A DNA stretch of 64,000 nt from Candidatus Doudnabacteria bacterium (GCA_963768175.1 CAVYGQ010000001.1:574305-638304), one strand, 5' to 3'. Numbered from the stretch's first letter, positions 11,333-21,383 are shown. The notes: generated from the letters alone by a model not told the origin. Translations and numbers: made by a program.

Positions 11333-11390
11333 TTTACCCTGTTAAATGCCGTTACGGCCCTCGCCAAAGGCGAGGATTTAACAGGGTGAA
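11333..11390. repeat. Empty CCCYGTTA-family palindromic element
   Basis: TTACCCTGTTAAAT...ATTTAACAGGGTGAA. Confidence 0.75.
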
Positions 11391-11527
11391 TTGTAAAGAC
11401 ATATTAAACTATCTTGAAATTTTTGTCAAAACAAGATAATATTCATTAGAGATTATGCGGGTATCGTATAATGGCAAATCTGGAGCTTTCCAAGCTGATG
11501 CCGAGGGCTTGCCCCGTTAAACTTTGT

Positions 11528-11601
11528 GCGGGATTAGTATAATGGTAGTACGGCACCCTTCCAAGGTGCATACGCCGGTTCGATTCCGGTATCCCGCTCC
11601 A
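11528..11601 (+). tRNA. tRNA-Gly(TCC)
   Basis: GCGGGAT...ATCCCGC-TCCA; anticodon arm GCACC-CTTCCAA-GGTGC; GGTTCGATTCC. Confidence 0.95.
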
Positions 11602-11639
11602 ATGACTTTTGACTTTATAAGTAAAATTAATTTAAAGAC

Positions 11640-12470
11640 ATGAAGAAAATATTTTTGTTTCTACCCATTGTCGTTTTGTTAGCCGCTGGATGTAATTCGT
11701 CCCAACAGCCTTCCAGCCAAACTCCCTCAAAAGTCCCTGTTGTTAAGAATGTCGCACCAACGTCCATTCAAAAAAACAATTCCGGCTCCAACCTCAAAGT
11801 AACTATTTCCACTAGGCAACCGTTAACTATGAATCAAGATTCCTATGCTGAAATAAGTTTTGACATGCAACCGGTAACAGCAAATACAAAATATGCCTTC
11901 GTTGAAATGGGCAGCGTTCCCGGAATGATTTTTGAAGCCAACGCCTGTAATAACAACCCTGCTTGGAATAATCAAGGTGGCCAGGCTTCCTGTTTGTCAA
12001 CCTATAAAAATGATCCCAGCAACGCTTACAGTTTGGTGCTGGATGGGATTCCGAGCACAACAGGCGTATTTCCTTTTACTATTACGGCGACCGACCAATA
12101 CGGCAATAGCGCAACCCAAGAATTTAGTGTTACAGTAATCGGCCATGTTGCTATAACGAAAATTTATCCCTCGTCTGGTCCTGTGGGTACGGAAGTAACC
12201 ATTACTGGTACCGGATTTACATTTACTCCAAAAAATAACATTCTTATTAATTTTAATGGTTATTCCTATAATCTTTATGAGCAAAGTTCTCCCGACGGGC
12301 AGACCTTAAAATTTACCATTCCACAAACTCTTAGCAGGCCTTGCCCCGCGTCTAGTACTTTAGGTGATGGCTGTGGTTCAATAAATGTTACGCCTGGCGA
12401 TATCTTATCAATTGAAGCAGGGGTAACAAACGCCACAACCAATACAGCAAACTTTACTGTCACACCGTAA
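11640..12470 (+). CDS. Lipoprotein with Ig-like and IPT/TIG domains
   Basis: Lipobox LAAGC; G.P...G.FPFTITATD; ITKIYPSSGPVGTEVTITGTGF. Confidence 0.8.
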   Translation: MKKIFLFLPIVVLLAAGCNSSQQPSSQTPSKVPVVKNVAPTSIQKNNSGSNLKVTISTRQPLTMNQDSYAEISFDMQPVTANTKYAFVEMGSVPGMIFEANACNNNPAWNNQGGQASCLSTYKNDPSNAYSLVLDGIPSTTGVFPFTITATDQYGNSATQEFSVTVIGHVAITKIYPSSGPVGTEVTITGTGFTFTPKNNILINFNGYSYNLYEQSSPDGQTLKFTIPQTLSRPCPASSTLGDGCGSINVTPGDILSIEAGVTNATTNTANFTVTP

Positions 12471-12566
12471 TAAGTTTTTGGCAATTTCCGTCCGAACATC
12501 ATTCCATAGCCCGCTCCAGGTTTAACGGGGTAAAATTCCCCCTATAACCCGCTCCAAAAAAAGTTT

Positions 12567-12591
12567 AAAAGCCCCCAAGTGGGGGCTTTTT
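12567..12591. terminator. Bidirectional intrinsic terminator
   Basis: AAAAGCCCCCAAGTGGGGGCTTTTT between convergent units. Confidence 0.8.
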
Positions 12592-12638
12592 GGCATCCGT
12601 AGGCATCGGTAGATCCGCGTTCAATCCGTAAATCCGTG

Positions 12639-12923
12639 TTACTGCCTAAGCTTAACCGCTTCCTTAAAGGCCTCGCCGGCTTTGAACTTCGGGGTATTGA
12701 GCTCGGGAATAGTTATCTTCTGGGACGGGTTGCGGGGGTTAACGCCAATTCTGGAAGCGCGATGGCTTACGCTAAACTGCCCGAACCCGGAAATATTGAC
12801 TTTATCGCCGCCGCGGAGCACGTCGTAAATCATGCTAATTAAGGTATTGGTAAACCTCTCCGCCTCGGTATGGGTAATGCCCAATTTAGCGGCCAATTGC
12901 TCCGTTAATTGAAGCTTATTCAT
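12639..12923 (-). CDS. hup: HU family DNA-binding protein
   Basis: MNKLQL, ISGFGQF, R.GVNPR, PKFKAG. Confidence 0.95.
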   Translation of the reverse strand: MNKLQLTEQLAAKLGITHTEAERFTNTLISMIYDVLRGGDKVNISGFGQFSVSHRASRIGVNPRNPSQKITIPELNTPKFKAGEAFKEAVKLRQ

Positions 12924-13225
12924 AAATTTTCCTTCCTTTTCCGCCAGTCGTTCGAGACCCTGAAGGGTTCTCAGACCCTGAACGGGAGGCGGATCCCGCT
13001 TTGCGGGACTGTTTTAATTATTTATTGATGTTAGCTAACTAATTATACGTTAGTTAGCCAAAATTTGGTGCTTTATGCTTAAATCGGCATTATTTACCAA
13101 ATCTAATCATATTATAGACTAATTTCAACAAAAATTCCAGTTATGCCAATAAAAATGAGGACTGTCCTTTTCCGGGCAACCCCTGGTTAAGGACAGTCCT
13201 CTGCCAAGTTTCTGTTCAGTTAAAA

Positions 13226-14137
13226 TTACTTTTTCGCCTTGGAAAACAAATACTTTTTGGCAATAAACAAAAGCGCTAAAAGCGCCGCCCCAGATAAAAT
13301 TAAATACTTTACCGCCCCCTGTTTGGCGTTTTGGCCCGGGTCGCTTTGCGTTGGGTAAGCAGGCTCCAAGTTTTGATTATCAGATGATAACGATACGGCA
13401 ACGGCTGTCGCCTCCCCCTCCACCTGCCCGGCGTCGGAGGCAGCCGCGGCAACAGCCGGCGCGGTTGTCGCGACTGGCAAATTTTTATTTGCCGCCGCTG
13501 TCTGTTGCGCTCCTGGATTATTTTTTATTACGGCATCCGTTTCCTGGCTGGCCTGGAAAGCCGCGGTTAAATCGTTCATCAAAGAGTTGTGCGGGTTTGA
13601 AGCGGCAATTGAATAATCCGATGAAGGCTGGTATAAATCTTTTCTGGTGAGCGATTGGTTGGCTCCGGGATTAACAATGGAGACATTTCTAAAACCGTTG
13701 CCGGTTTTCCCCCAGGAAATCTTATCAATAATTTTGCCCGTATTGTCCGCGCCAAAACGCAAAGCGATGCCCGTGTTGTCGGAAATGGTGGCCGAGCTTA
13801 CCACATCGGGCTTTACGGCAATTGTTACAAATCCGGAATTGGCCCACAAATAAAAACTCTTGGCCGGAATAAAAGTATCCTTGCTCCAGGATTTTACCAA
13901 AGTGTCGCTGTTGGCGCTGCCCGGGCGTTTGACCAAACGGCAACCTTTTAAACTAACCGGCGAAGAACTGGCGTTAAAAAATTCAATAAAATCATTGTCG
14001 GTATTATTTTTCCCGCCGGTAATTTGGACTTGGGAGATAAAAACGGATATTGGGACAACCGCATTGGCCAGGCAAAATTGCGGCAGAAATATTAGGATAA
14101 TAACCAAATATATTTTTGTTTTTGCCATTTTTGCCAT
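13226..14137 (-). CDS. Lamin-tail-domain surface protein with C-terminal membrane anchor
   Basis: Signal peptide; ISQVQITG...DFIEFFN...VSLKG; C-terminal TM plus basic tail. Confidence 0.75.
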   Translation of the reverse strand: MAKMAKTKIYLVIILIFLPQFCLANAVVPISVFISQVQITGGKNNTDNDFIEFFNASSSPVSLKGCRLVKRPGSANSDTLVKSWSKDTFIPAKSFYLWANSGFVTIAVKPDVVSSATISDNTGIALRFGADNTGKIIDKISWGKTGNGFRNVSIVNPGANQSLTRKDLYQPSSDYSIAASNPHNSLMNDLTAAFQASQETDAVIKNNPGAQQTAAANKNLPVATTAPAVAAAASDAGQVEGEATAVAVSLSSDNQNLEPAYPTQSDPGQNAKQGAVKYLILSGAALLALLFIAKKYLFSKAKK

Positions 14138-14200
14138 AAGTTTTCCTATGAAGACGGTCTTCTGGGGCTGCCCCAGAAGACCGTCTTCAAACGCGATGTT

Positions 14201-14653
14201 CTATTTCTTATCTGCGTCATCAGTACCCGTCTGTATATCTGTGGCCTCAATTTCTTTATACAGCGTGCCTAAAACCCCGTTAACAAACTTGCCAGAGCTT
14301 TCCCCGCCAAAAGTCTTGGCCAGCTCCACGGCCTCGTTTATGGCCACTTTAGGCGGCACCTGCTTTAATATCATGAGCTCAAAAACGCCCAGGCGCAAAA
14401 CGTTGCGGTCCACCGGCGGGATTTGCTCCATGGGCCATTCAGGCGCGTGCTTGGTAATAATTTCGTCTATGGCCGAAAGGTTCTGCGCCACGCCGTTGGC
14501 CAATTCAAAAATAAAAACGGCATCGTCGCCGGCATCCGCAAATTCTTTTATGTGGGTTTTAACAATGCCTTTTAGCTCGCCACTTTGGCCGTTAAAATCC
14601 CACTCAAACAGCGACTGCAAAGCGATTGTTCTGGATAAATGCCGATTAGCCAT
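14201..14653 (-). CDS. nusB: Transcription antitermination factor NusB
   Basis: RHLSR.IALQ.LF, VDRNVLRLG, VAINEAVELAK, FVNGVL. Confidence 0.97.
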   Translation of the reverse strand: MANRHLSRTIALQSLFEWDFNGQSGELKGIVKTHIKEFADAGDDAVFIFELANGVAQNLSAIDEIITKHAPEWPMEQIPPVDRNVLRLGVFELMILKQVPPKVAINEAVELAKTFGGESSGKFVNGVLGTLYKEIEATDIQTGTDDADKK

Positions 14654-14748
14654 AGGAAATTAAAAGTTTAAAATTCAAAGTTAAAAATAATAGAGTTTCT
14701 GCGGGGCAAAAACACCTAAATTTTACATTTTGATTTTTAAATTTTGCA

Positions 14749-14919
14749 TTATTTTGTAACTTTCCTGCCTTTGTAATATCCGCAATTCTTGCACGGCAAG
14801 TGCGGCATTGTGCTGCTTCCGCAATTTTTGCACGCGGCAAAAAAAATCTTTTTTAAAGCGTGGTGGCTGCGCCTTTGGTTGCGGCCACTGCGGGTTTTAT
14901 GTTTCTTTGGGACTCCCAT
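14749..14919 (-). CDS. rpmF: 50S ribosomal protein L32
   Basis: MGVPKK...RRSHH...CKNCG...PHLPCKNCGYYKGR. Confidence 0.95.
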   Translation of the reverse strand: MGVPKKHKTRSGRNQRRSHHALKKIFFAACKNCGSSTMPHLPCKNCGYYKGRKVTK

Positions 14920-14970
14920 AATAATTTTTTCAAAATGCAAAAGTCAAAATGTAAAATTAATGCCCTTTCG

Positions 14971-15209
14971 GCGTCATCCTGAGTCCGCCTCCGGCGGACG
15001 AAGGATCTCTACTTTTAAACTTCTGATTAATTAATGTTAAAGTGGGGTAATTATAACCAAAATCGCGGTTTTCGTCAATTCCTGTTCTTTTGTCATTGCG
15101 AGGAGTCAGACGACGAAGCAATCTGACGCCAATGGCGTCATCCCGAGTGCATCCGAGGGATCTTTTAATTAGATTGCCGCGTCCCGACAAGCCGGGACTC
15201 GCAATAACA
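14971..15209. repeat. Cluster of GTCATCCTGAG/GTCATTGCGAG palindromic repeats
   Basis: GTCATCCTGAG..GAAGGATCT and TGTCATTGCGAG..GCAATCT / AGATTGC..CTCGCAATAACA; related copies near 28030, 31903, 32775 and 52337. Confidence 0.8.
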
Positions 15210-15361
15210 GCGCTGACTCTCGTCAATCAGCCAACAAAAAATCCCTTCCAACCCTTGAAGGGGGTGGCAAGGTCGTGGCGATGGCGCGCACGACCTTGCC
15301 TGAGATGAATCTGACGAAGCCGCGACGACGGCGCGTGCGAACTCTACCCGGGATGCAATTT

Positions 15362-15811
15362 CTAATCCAGATCTCGGAGACGAGAATGCGGACGCGACCT
15401 CTTGGCCGATCTCGTCAACCAACCAGGATATCGTTGTCCTTGGGGGATTTCGAATCCCTGGTCGTGAAGCGGCCTGCCTTCGTAATGAGCGGGGTCGAGA
15501 AACCCCGAGGGCCGAATCGACGGCCAAACTTCCTCGTCGAACAGCATCTCAGAGGCTGCTGCCCGCAAACGACGGAGAAATTCCTCATCCGGATGCTTCT
15601 CCAACGGACGTAAGTCCGAAGCGTCAGCGGCTACCTCAGTCTTCGTGACTGAGTTAAGCCTATCTCTAAGGCTGTAGCCTTCAAGGACTCCTTCCCAGTA
15701 AACCGGGCTCTTGATATTCGTATCCGGTGTACCATTGGCACCGTCAGCGATGCCTTTTGAACGAAGCCGGTTCAGCAGGAGCAGAATCCTGATGATCTGA
15801 AACTCAAACAT
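15362..15811 (-). CDS. Hypothetical protein (possibly frameshifted into ORF 15165-15527)
   Basis: ATG after AAAGAGGG; no recognisable motif. Confidence 0.45.
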   Translation of the reverse strand: MFEFQIIRILLLLNRLRSKGIADGANGTPDTNIKSPVYWEGVLEGYSLRDRLNSVTKTEVAADASDLRPLEKHPDEEFLRRLRAAASEMLFDEEVWPSIRPSGFLDPAHYEGRPLHDQGFEIPQGQRYPGWLTRSAKRSRPHSRLRDLD

Positions 15812-16227
15812 TTCTATACCCTCTTTCAACTTGGATTGAACTACAAACACTAATCTGCCCACAAAACCTTACGGGCAATTTACTGTCTGCAGTTTTCTCT
15901 ATTCTATTTTAAAATTGCTTTTAATAAAAGTGGATAACTCCCCCGTATTCGTGTCACCCGCCTAGACTCGACGTCTAGTCGAGGCTGGTTCGTGTGCCAT
16001 TCGTATATTAGTGTCGCTTCTTTTCTCCAACCCGCCTACGAGACAGGAATGCTGGCTTGGATAAAAATCGTAAGATTGTTATCCAAATCAGCCTCGTGGG
16101 CGGATTGCAGAAAAGAAATTTCTCACTATCCCCTTCTCCCTTAAGGGAGAAGGTGCCCGAAGGGCGGATGAGGGGGTTAAATTTAAGGTATGGCGAGGGG
16201 CGGTGGATCGATGCTCTGATCCTATTC

Positions 16228-16335
16228 CTATCCGCCCCTGCCTCGCCGATGTTGCCAGTAGTTCAGGAAGTCTTCAAAGAGCGGCTCCCCATATAGCACC
16301 CAAACTACGAGTGCCACTAACTCGGCAACTTTCAT
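16228..16335 (-). CDS. 35-aa membrane peptide
   Basis: MKVAELVALVVWVLYGEPLFEDFLNYWQHRRGRGG; strong SD AAGGAGGAG. Confidence 0.6.
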   Translation of the reverse strand: MKVAELVALVVWVLYGEPLFEDFLNYWQHRRGRGG

Positions 16336-16336
16336 C

Positions 16337-16450
16337 TCACTCCTCCTTTCCACTCTTGGCCACACACCAGACTACAAAGATAATTACTATCAGCAGTCCG
16401 GCGGCGGCCACTAGCAGTGGCTTGATGTTCTGTGCCCACGCCTCAGGCAT
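16337..16450 (-). CDS. 37-aa single-TM peptide
   Basis: MPEAWAQNIKPLLVAAAGLLIVIIFVVWCVAKSGKEE; SD AAGGAGGAGG. Confidence 0.65.
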   Translation of the reverse strand: MPEAWAQNIKPLLVAAAGLLIVIIFVVWCVAKSGKEE

Positions 16451-16466
16451 GGAATTTCCCTCCTCC

Positions 16467-16934
16467 TTAGTGACGTATCTCCAGATGACGTGGCCAGACA
16501 AACAGTAGCACCCAAACCACGTAAGCCATCGGACGATGGCTAACTACGAACCGCAGGATGCGCCACAGCTTGAGCCGCCTTCGGAGGCGCAAGCGGAGGA
16601 TGCAAAGAAATCTTAGGTTGTCTTTCCCCGCCAGCATTCTGGGGACCGCCCGGAGTTTTTCCCGGGCCTCTTCCTGGTCAATCAGATGGAAGAGATAACA
16701 CGCCGAGATCGCCCCCGCCGGAATCGGCCAGGAGAGGAGCAAGAGCAGGCGAAGCCTGCCGATGCCGCCGAAAAACTTCCCGCTCTTCTCGCCGTCGAAC
16801 AACTTGATGACGGCATTTACCAAAGCTCCCCAGCGAACAGCGTCGCGGATTTGGTTGGCGAGTTTGACAATCGCCCAACCGAGAATGATGGCCACACAGG
16901 CCACCATGAGAAACAACACGGGAAGATTGTTCAT
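16467..16934 (-). CDS. Hypothetical membrane protein (155 aa)
   Basis: Start MNNLPV after GGAGG, ATGA overlap with upstream stop; hydrophobic segments. Confidence 0.6.
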   Translation of the reverse strand: MNNLPVLFLMVACVAIILGWAIVKLANQIRDAVRWGALVNAVIKLFDGEKSGKFFGGIGRLRLLLLLSWPIPAGAISACYLFHLIDQEEAREKLRAVPRMLAGKDNLRFLCILRLRLRRRLKLWRILRFVVSHRPMAYVVWVLLFVWPRHLEIRH

Positions 16935-17176
16935 CCCGCCCTCCTTCGCCGCGCGGTCCAAAACCACACGACTAACGTCACTTCGATTACCCGCTTGAGC
17001 CAGCCGTACAAGCTGACCCTGTTGCGCAGCGGCGGGACCGCTTCCTGAAGCCTTCTTTTGTCCCACCACGCCGGAAACACAAATATGCCGTAAAGCACCG
17101 CCGCAAGGGCGAATGCTAAAATCAACCCGAGCCGCTCCGGCTCGGTGGCAAAACCTGGCGTGCCTACGTCTATCAT
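16931..17176 (-). CDS. Small two-TM protein (81 aa)
   Basis: MIDVG start after GAAGGAGG, ATGA overlap. Confidence 0.65.
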   Translation of the reverse strand: MIDVGTPGFATEPERLGLILAFALAAVLYGIFVFPAWWDKRRLQEAVPPLRNRVSLYGWLKRVIEVTLVVWFWTARRRRAG

Positions 17177-17331
17177 CCGATCCTCCTTCGCATGGCCCAA
17201 TACCATACGCCAAGCGTGGCACCGGCGTATTGCAACGCCAAGCCAATGATGACGAAGAGCCGGTAGATAACCCGACAGAGGTCGCCGATGAACTCGGTGA
17301 CCGTATCTACCGTGTCATAGTCTCGTTGCAT
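17173..17331 (-). CDS. Small membrane protein (52 aa)
   Basis: MQRDY start after GGAGGTGG; hydrophobic C-terminal half. Confidence 0.6.
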   Translation of the reverse strand: MQRDYDTVDTVTEFIGDLCRVIYRLFVIIGLALQYAGATLGVWYWAMRRRIG

Positions 17332-17491
17332 TCTTACCACCTCCGAACCTATAAATTTACCCTGAACCCGAATCCGCCTGGGGCGGATGAGTGGTTTAGG
17401 GCTAACACTATTTAAAAATTTGCAGGTTTGGGAGTAGAAGTAAGGGGCGGCGGATATAAATGCACTATGAATGTCTTGCCGCCCCAAAAGG

Positions 17492-17674
17492 TTACTTGAC
17501 TAAGAACATTATTGCAGCTCCCACCAGGAAGCCGCCGACGATGGCAAGCAGCGCCATCGCCATGTTCTTTTGGCGGCGATCTTCTGCCGCCTTTCTCGCA
17601 GCCGCTTCGGCCGCGAGTTGCTCTTCCGTCATTGCCGGCCGAACCGGCAACGACCAGACATCAAATTCCTTCAT
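17492..17674 (-). CDS. Small single-TM protein (60 aa)
   Basis: MKEFD start after AAAGGAGGGG; C-terminal TM. Confidence 0.65.
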   Translation of the reverse strand: MKEFDVWSLPVRPAMTEEQLAAEAAARKAAEDRRQKNMAMALLAIVGGFLVGAAIMFLVK

Positions 17675-18573
17675 GTCCCCTCCTTTCTCTCGGGGAATCA
17701 AAACCCTAAAATCAAGATACTGATTCCCCGAGAGGCAATTGTGTTGTATATTTTACTTCTGTTTTTATCTTTTTTCAACCCCATTAGAAACTTTATAAAA
17801 GTTCGGTTTTATTTTATTCATTATTTTTATCGGCAAAGCATTTGTTTTCAGTAAACCAAAGTTTAGGAAGTTTCTAACGGGGTCAACCACCATTTTCCTC
17901 CTACAAAAAAATGGGGGAATAAAACTGGTCATTAAAATAAGATAACTCATTTAACGACCAAATTTCTTCCCCCATTATTTGTTCAAAACTTCGGTCACAT
18001 TAAATAACGGCCGTTATTTAATGTGATTTTTACTTCCACCATTGTGGGTCTTAAGGAAATAGGCCTAATCCCGCTCAGCGGGACAAAATGTTTTGCCCTC
18101 CTAAGGCCCACGATGGTGAAAACAATTTATGAAACTTACTAACTACCCCAGCACCAATTTTTACAATAAAGTTTTACGGCAAAGCGCTTTGGGTTTTATC
18201 AAGACGATTATACGATAACAACGCCACCCGCCTTCGCTAAAGCTTCGGCGGGTTGTTTTTTGGGCTAAGCCCAAAAAACAACAAAAAACCGTACACTCAA
18301 TACAGGAGAATCAATAAAAAATTATTCTTGTATGCAGTATACGATTTTATCGCGCTCCCGATCCGGTTTAACGAAATCAGGAGCATGTATATCCGGCGCT
18401 AATTTTCTCAAATAAACCCTATCCATTTAAATGCCTAATTTTCTGGGAACATATTGCACAAAGCTTACTCAAGAAAATTAGCACCGGAGCGTATACCCAT
18501 TTGTCTCCTGTTAAAACAAACAGATAGCTATGGAATTTTTAAAGGTCACCACCTGTTACGATGATGACCTAAT

Positions 18574-18602
18574 ACTATACGCCTTTTTAGCTGCTTTGTC
18601 AA
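18574..18602 (-). promoter_or_regulatory. Sigma70-type promoter
   Basis: TTGACA-17 nt-TATAGT on minus strand. Confidence 0.65.
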
Positions 18603-18649
18603 GAGTAAAAGATAAAAAAGCCAATTTTTGGCTTATTTAAGACTTTGTT

Positions 18650-19087
18650 TTATTTATTTTTCTTTGTAAATTCGTTGCTCAAAACAACAAACCTGTTATG
18701 GGCACCTTGAGTATCACCACGTTGCCAAAATAAAAGCATCTCTATAGTTCTCTGTCTTATACCGGGAAGTTTAAGATATGATTCTAATTTAGGCCTGTTG
18801 CGTGTATCAAATCTTTCGCCCTCCATATCCAAAAATTTAGCAATGTACTTATCAATCAAACCCTTCATTGTTGATAAAAACCAACCCTCTAATTCTTGCG
18901 TATCCCTTAAACCCAGCTCTTGGTTTTTTCTTTCCCATTCTTCTACAAAAGTTGGCTCGGAAAATAATATTTGACGATATAGCTCCCTTTCGTCACCGGA
19001 AAGCTTGTTTCCCGCGATTCTGTCTATAAATAAATATAGGTTTCCTAACCTCTTTGTCTCCGGGGGGACTTTGTCATAATTAGCCAT
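18650..19087 (-). CDS. Hypothetical protein
   Basis: 145-aa ORF downstream of groEL. Confidence 0.6.
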   Translation of the reverse strand: MANYDKVPPETKRLGNLYLFIDRIAGNKLSGDERELYRQILFSEPTFVEEWERKNQELGLRDTQELEGWFLSTMKGLIDKYIAKFLDMEGERFDTRNRPKLESYLKLPGIRQRTIEMLLFWQRGDTQGAHNRFVVLSNEFTKKNK

Positions 19088-19143
19088 ATATAAAGATTAT
19101 GTTTATTATTTCCTACATTCTACCACAAAACGTAAAAACCTAT

Positions 19144-20817
19144 TTAGTAATCCATCCCGCCCATGCCTCCCATGCCGCCCGGCATACCGCCGGCAGGAGC
19201 CGAAGTCTTGGGCTCGGGCTTGTCTACCACAATGGCCTCGGTGGTAACTAAAGTAGAAGCGATGGATACGGCGTTTTCCAAAGCCAAACGAGTAACCTTT
19301 AACGGGTCAACAATCCCGGCTTTCATCATGTTTTCTACCATTCCGGTCTGCCAGTTCGCCTCGTCATATTTGGCAAAATCATAACCAGCATGAGGACCGC
19401 CGGTCTGGATAAAAGTAATAATACCGGTCGGCTCAACACCGCTGTTTTGGGCAATTTGCCTTAACGGCGCTTCCAGCGCGGCGCGGACGATTTTATAACC
19501 CATTCGGTGAGCGCCGCTGACTTTATTCATTTCTTTTTCCAACAACGGGACAATTTTTACTAAAGCCGCGCCGCCACCGGCCACAATTCCCTCTTCTACC
19601 GCCGCTTTGGTGGCATTAAGCGCGTCTTCAATTTTAAACTTCTTGACTTTCATTTCGGTTTCCGTAAACGCGCCGACTTTAATTACGCCCACGCCGCCGG
19701 CCAAACGGGCCATGCGTTCCTGCAGCTTTTCCTTGTCGTAATCCGAAGTAGAAGCCTTATATTCAGCTTTTATTTGGTTGACGCGGTCGTCTATTTTTCT
19801 CTTGTCGCCTGCGCCGCCGACAATGGTGGTAAACTCCTTGGTGGCAATAACTTTTCTGGCCTTGCCCAAATCCACCAATTCGGTTTTATCCAATTTCAAA
19901 CCTAAATCTTTGGTTATAACATTGCCGCCGGTTAATACGGCAATATCCTGAAGCATTTCTTTGCGCCTGTCGCCAAAACCCGGAGCCTTGACCGCCAAAA
20001 CGTTAAAGGTGCCGCGGATTTTATTGACCACAAAAGTGGCCAGAGCTTCGCCTTCAACTTCATCAGCAATTATGACCAAATCTTTTTTGCCGCTTTGTGC
20101 GACCTTTTCCAAAATCGGCAAAACGTCCTGGACAGAGGAAACCTTTTCGTCCGTAATTAAAATATAGGAATCTTCCCAGACGGCTTCCATACGTTCGGCG
20201 TTGGTGACCATGTAAGGATTTACAAAACCTTTGTCAAAACGCATGCCTTTAACCACTTCTTTTTCCAAACCCGTGGTCTGGCCTTCTTCCACGGTAATAA
20301 CCCCTTCGTGTCCGACCTCTTCCATGGCTTCGGCTATCAGTTTGCCGACTTCCGCGTCCAAAGAAGCAATGGTTGCGACCTGCTGGATTTCTTCTTTGTT
20401 TTTGACGTCCTTTTTGACTTTGGAAAGCTCGCTGACAACGAATTTAACCGCGTTGTCCATGCCTTTCTTAATTTCGTTGGCCTGGGTGCTGGCCAAAGCC
20501 GCGGCTTCAAAGGCCTCCTGAATCATTGTCTGGGCCAAAACCGTGGCCGTGGTCGTGCCGTCACCAGCAGCTTCGTTGGTCTTATTGGCCACTTCCTGAA
20601 TTAAGGATGCGCCTAGGTTCTCAAACTTGTCTTCCAGCTCAATTTCCTTGGCAACCGTGACGCCGTCGTCGGTAATGGTGGGGCTGCCAAAGCCTTTGTC
20701 TAAAATAACCGCCTTGCCGGTTGGGCCAAGCGTAACCCTAACCGCGTTAGCGGCCTTGTCTACGCCGGCTTTAATGGCCTGCTTGGCGTCAAAACCATAC
20801 TTGATAATTTTGCTCAT
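19144..20817 (-). CDS. groL: Chaperonin GroEL
   Basis: [26 protein letters not shown] tail. Confidence 0.99.
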   Translation of the reverse strand: MSKIIKYGFDAKQAIKAGVDKAANAVRVTLGPTGKAVILDKGFGSPTITDDGVTVAKEIELEDKFENLGASLIQEVANKTNEAAGDGTTTATVLAQTMIQEAFEAAALASTQANEIKKGMDNAVKFVVSELSKVKKDVKNKEEIQQVATIASLDAEVGKLIAEAMEEVGHEGVITVEEGQTTGLEKEVVKGMRFDKGFVNPYMVTNAERMEAVWEDSYILITDEKVSSVQDVLPILEKVAQSGKKDLVIIADEVEGEALATFVVNKIRGTFNVLAVKAPGFGDRRKEMLQDIAVLTGGNVITKDLGLKLDKTELVDLGKARKVIATKEFTTIVGGAGDKRKIDDRVNQIKAEYKASTSDYDKEKLQERMARLAGGVGVIKVGAFTETEMKVKKFKIEDALNATKAAVEEGIVAGGGAALVKIVPLLEKEMNKVSGAHRMGYKIVRAALEAPLRQIAQNSGVEPTGIITFIQTGGPHAGYDFAKYDEANWQTGMVENMMKAGIVDPLKVTRLALENAVSIASTLVTTEAIVVDKPEPKTSAPAGGMPGGMGGMGGMDY

Positions 20818-20926
20818 ATTTTACTCCGTAAAATCTCTACTAAATACGAAAGAGTATTAAAGATACTAAAACTGACAAAACCTAATTTAGTATATTTCGT
20901 ATATTTTAGTATTTAGTAGAAAATAA

Positions 20927-21232
20927 TTATTCAATTAATGCTAAAATGTCGGAATCGTCCTTTTCTTTCCCGACGTATAAAATTTTATATTCCTCTTTTT
21001 TTCCTTTTTCATCAATCTCCACTTCTTCGCCGGCGTATTTGCCAAAGACCACGGTATCGCCCACTTTTAACCCGAGCGCGGCTATTTCACTGCCGTTGCC
21101 TAACTCCACAATTTTGCCTTGGGCTTTTTTTTCTTTGTCCGCCGTATCCGGCAAGACAATTCCGGACTTGGTTACTTCCTCGCTGGAAAGCTGTTTTACC
21201 AGTACACGGTTTCCTAAAGGTTTTACTTTCAT
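20927..21232 (-). CDS. groS: Co-chaperonin GroES
   Basis: KPLGNRVLV, TKSGIVLPDTA, KVGDTVVFGKYAG. Confidence 0.97.
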   Translation of the reverse strand: MKVKPLGNRVLVKQLSSEEVTKSGIVLPDTADKEKKAQGKIVELGNGSEIAALGLKVGDTVVFGKYAGEEVEIDEKGKKEEYKILYVGKEKDDSDILALIE

Positions 21233-21259
21233 AGATTACCTCTATATCTATCGTCATGT

Positions 21260-21317
21260 TGTAGCGTGCCCATTTATGGGCCTCTTAGATAGGTTGCCGA
21301 TAAATCGGCGCGCTACA
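21260..21317. repeat. GTAG-type REP doublet
   Basis: TGTAGCGTGCCCATTTATGGGC...GCCGATAAATCGGCGCGCTACA; near-identical copy at 24930-24983. Confidence 0.8.
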
Positions 21318-21356
21318 TAACGCGCGATAAAAATTAATTATTTTCGATTGTTTAGA

Positions 21357-21383
21357 TTATCACTCTTAGACTTTGAGTGCTAA
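21357..21383 (-). promoter_or_regulatory. CIRCE element (HrcA operator)
   Basis: TTAGCACTC-N9-GAGTGATAA, one mismatch to consensus, upstream of groES. Confidence 0.9.

Larger units (their letters stand above)
11509..12533. mobile_element. Inverted-repeat-bounded element carrying tRNA-Gly and a lipoprotein gene
   Basis: TTGCCCCGTTAAAC (11509-11522) and GTTTAACGGGGTAA (12520-12533), 13/14 inverted match. Confidence 0.7.
11457..12556 (+). pseudogene. Decayed tRNA-Gly(TCC) split in the T-arm (5' part 11457-11508, 3' part 12534-12556)
   Basis: GCGGGTATCGTATAATGG...GCTTTCCAAGC...GAGGG | AATTCCCC...AACCCGCTCCA; stems imperfect. Confidence 0.75.

Noticed and set aside
11457-12556. Functional intron-containing tRNA (spliced outer tRNA)
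   Set aside because: The outer halves have mismatched anticodon and acceptor stems and no group I/II intron core is visible; a pseudogene fits better.
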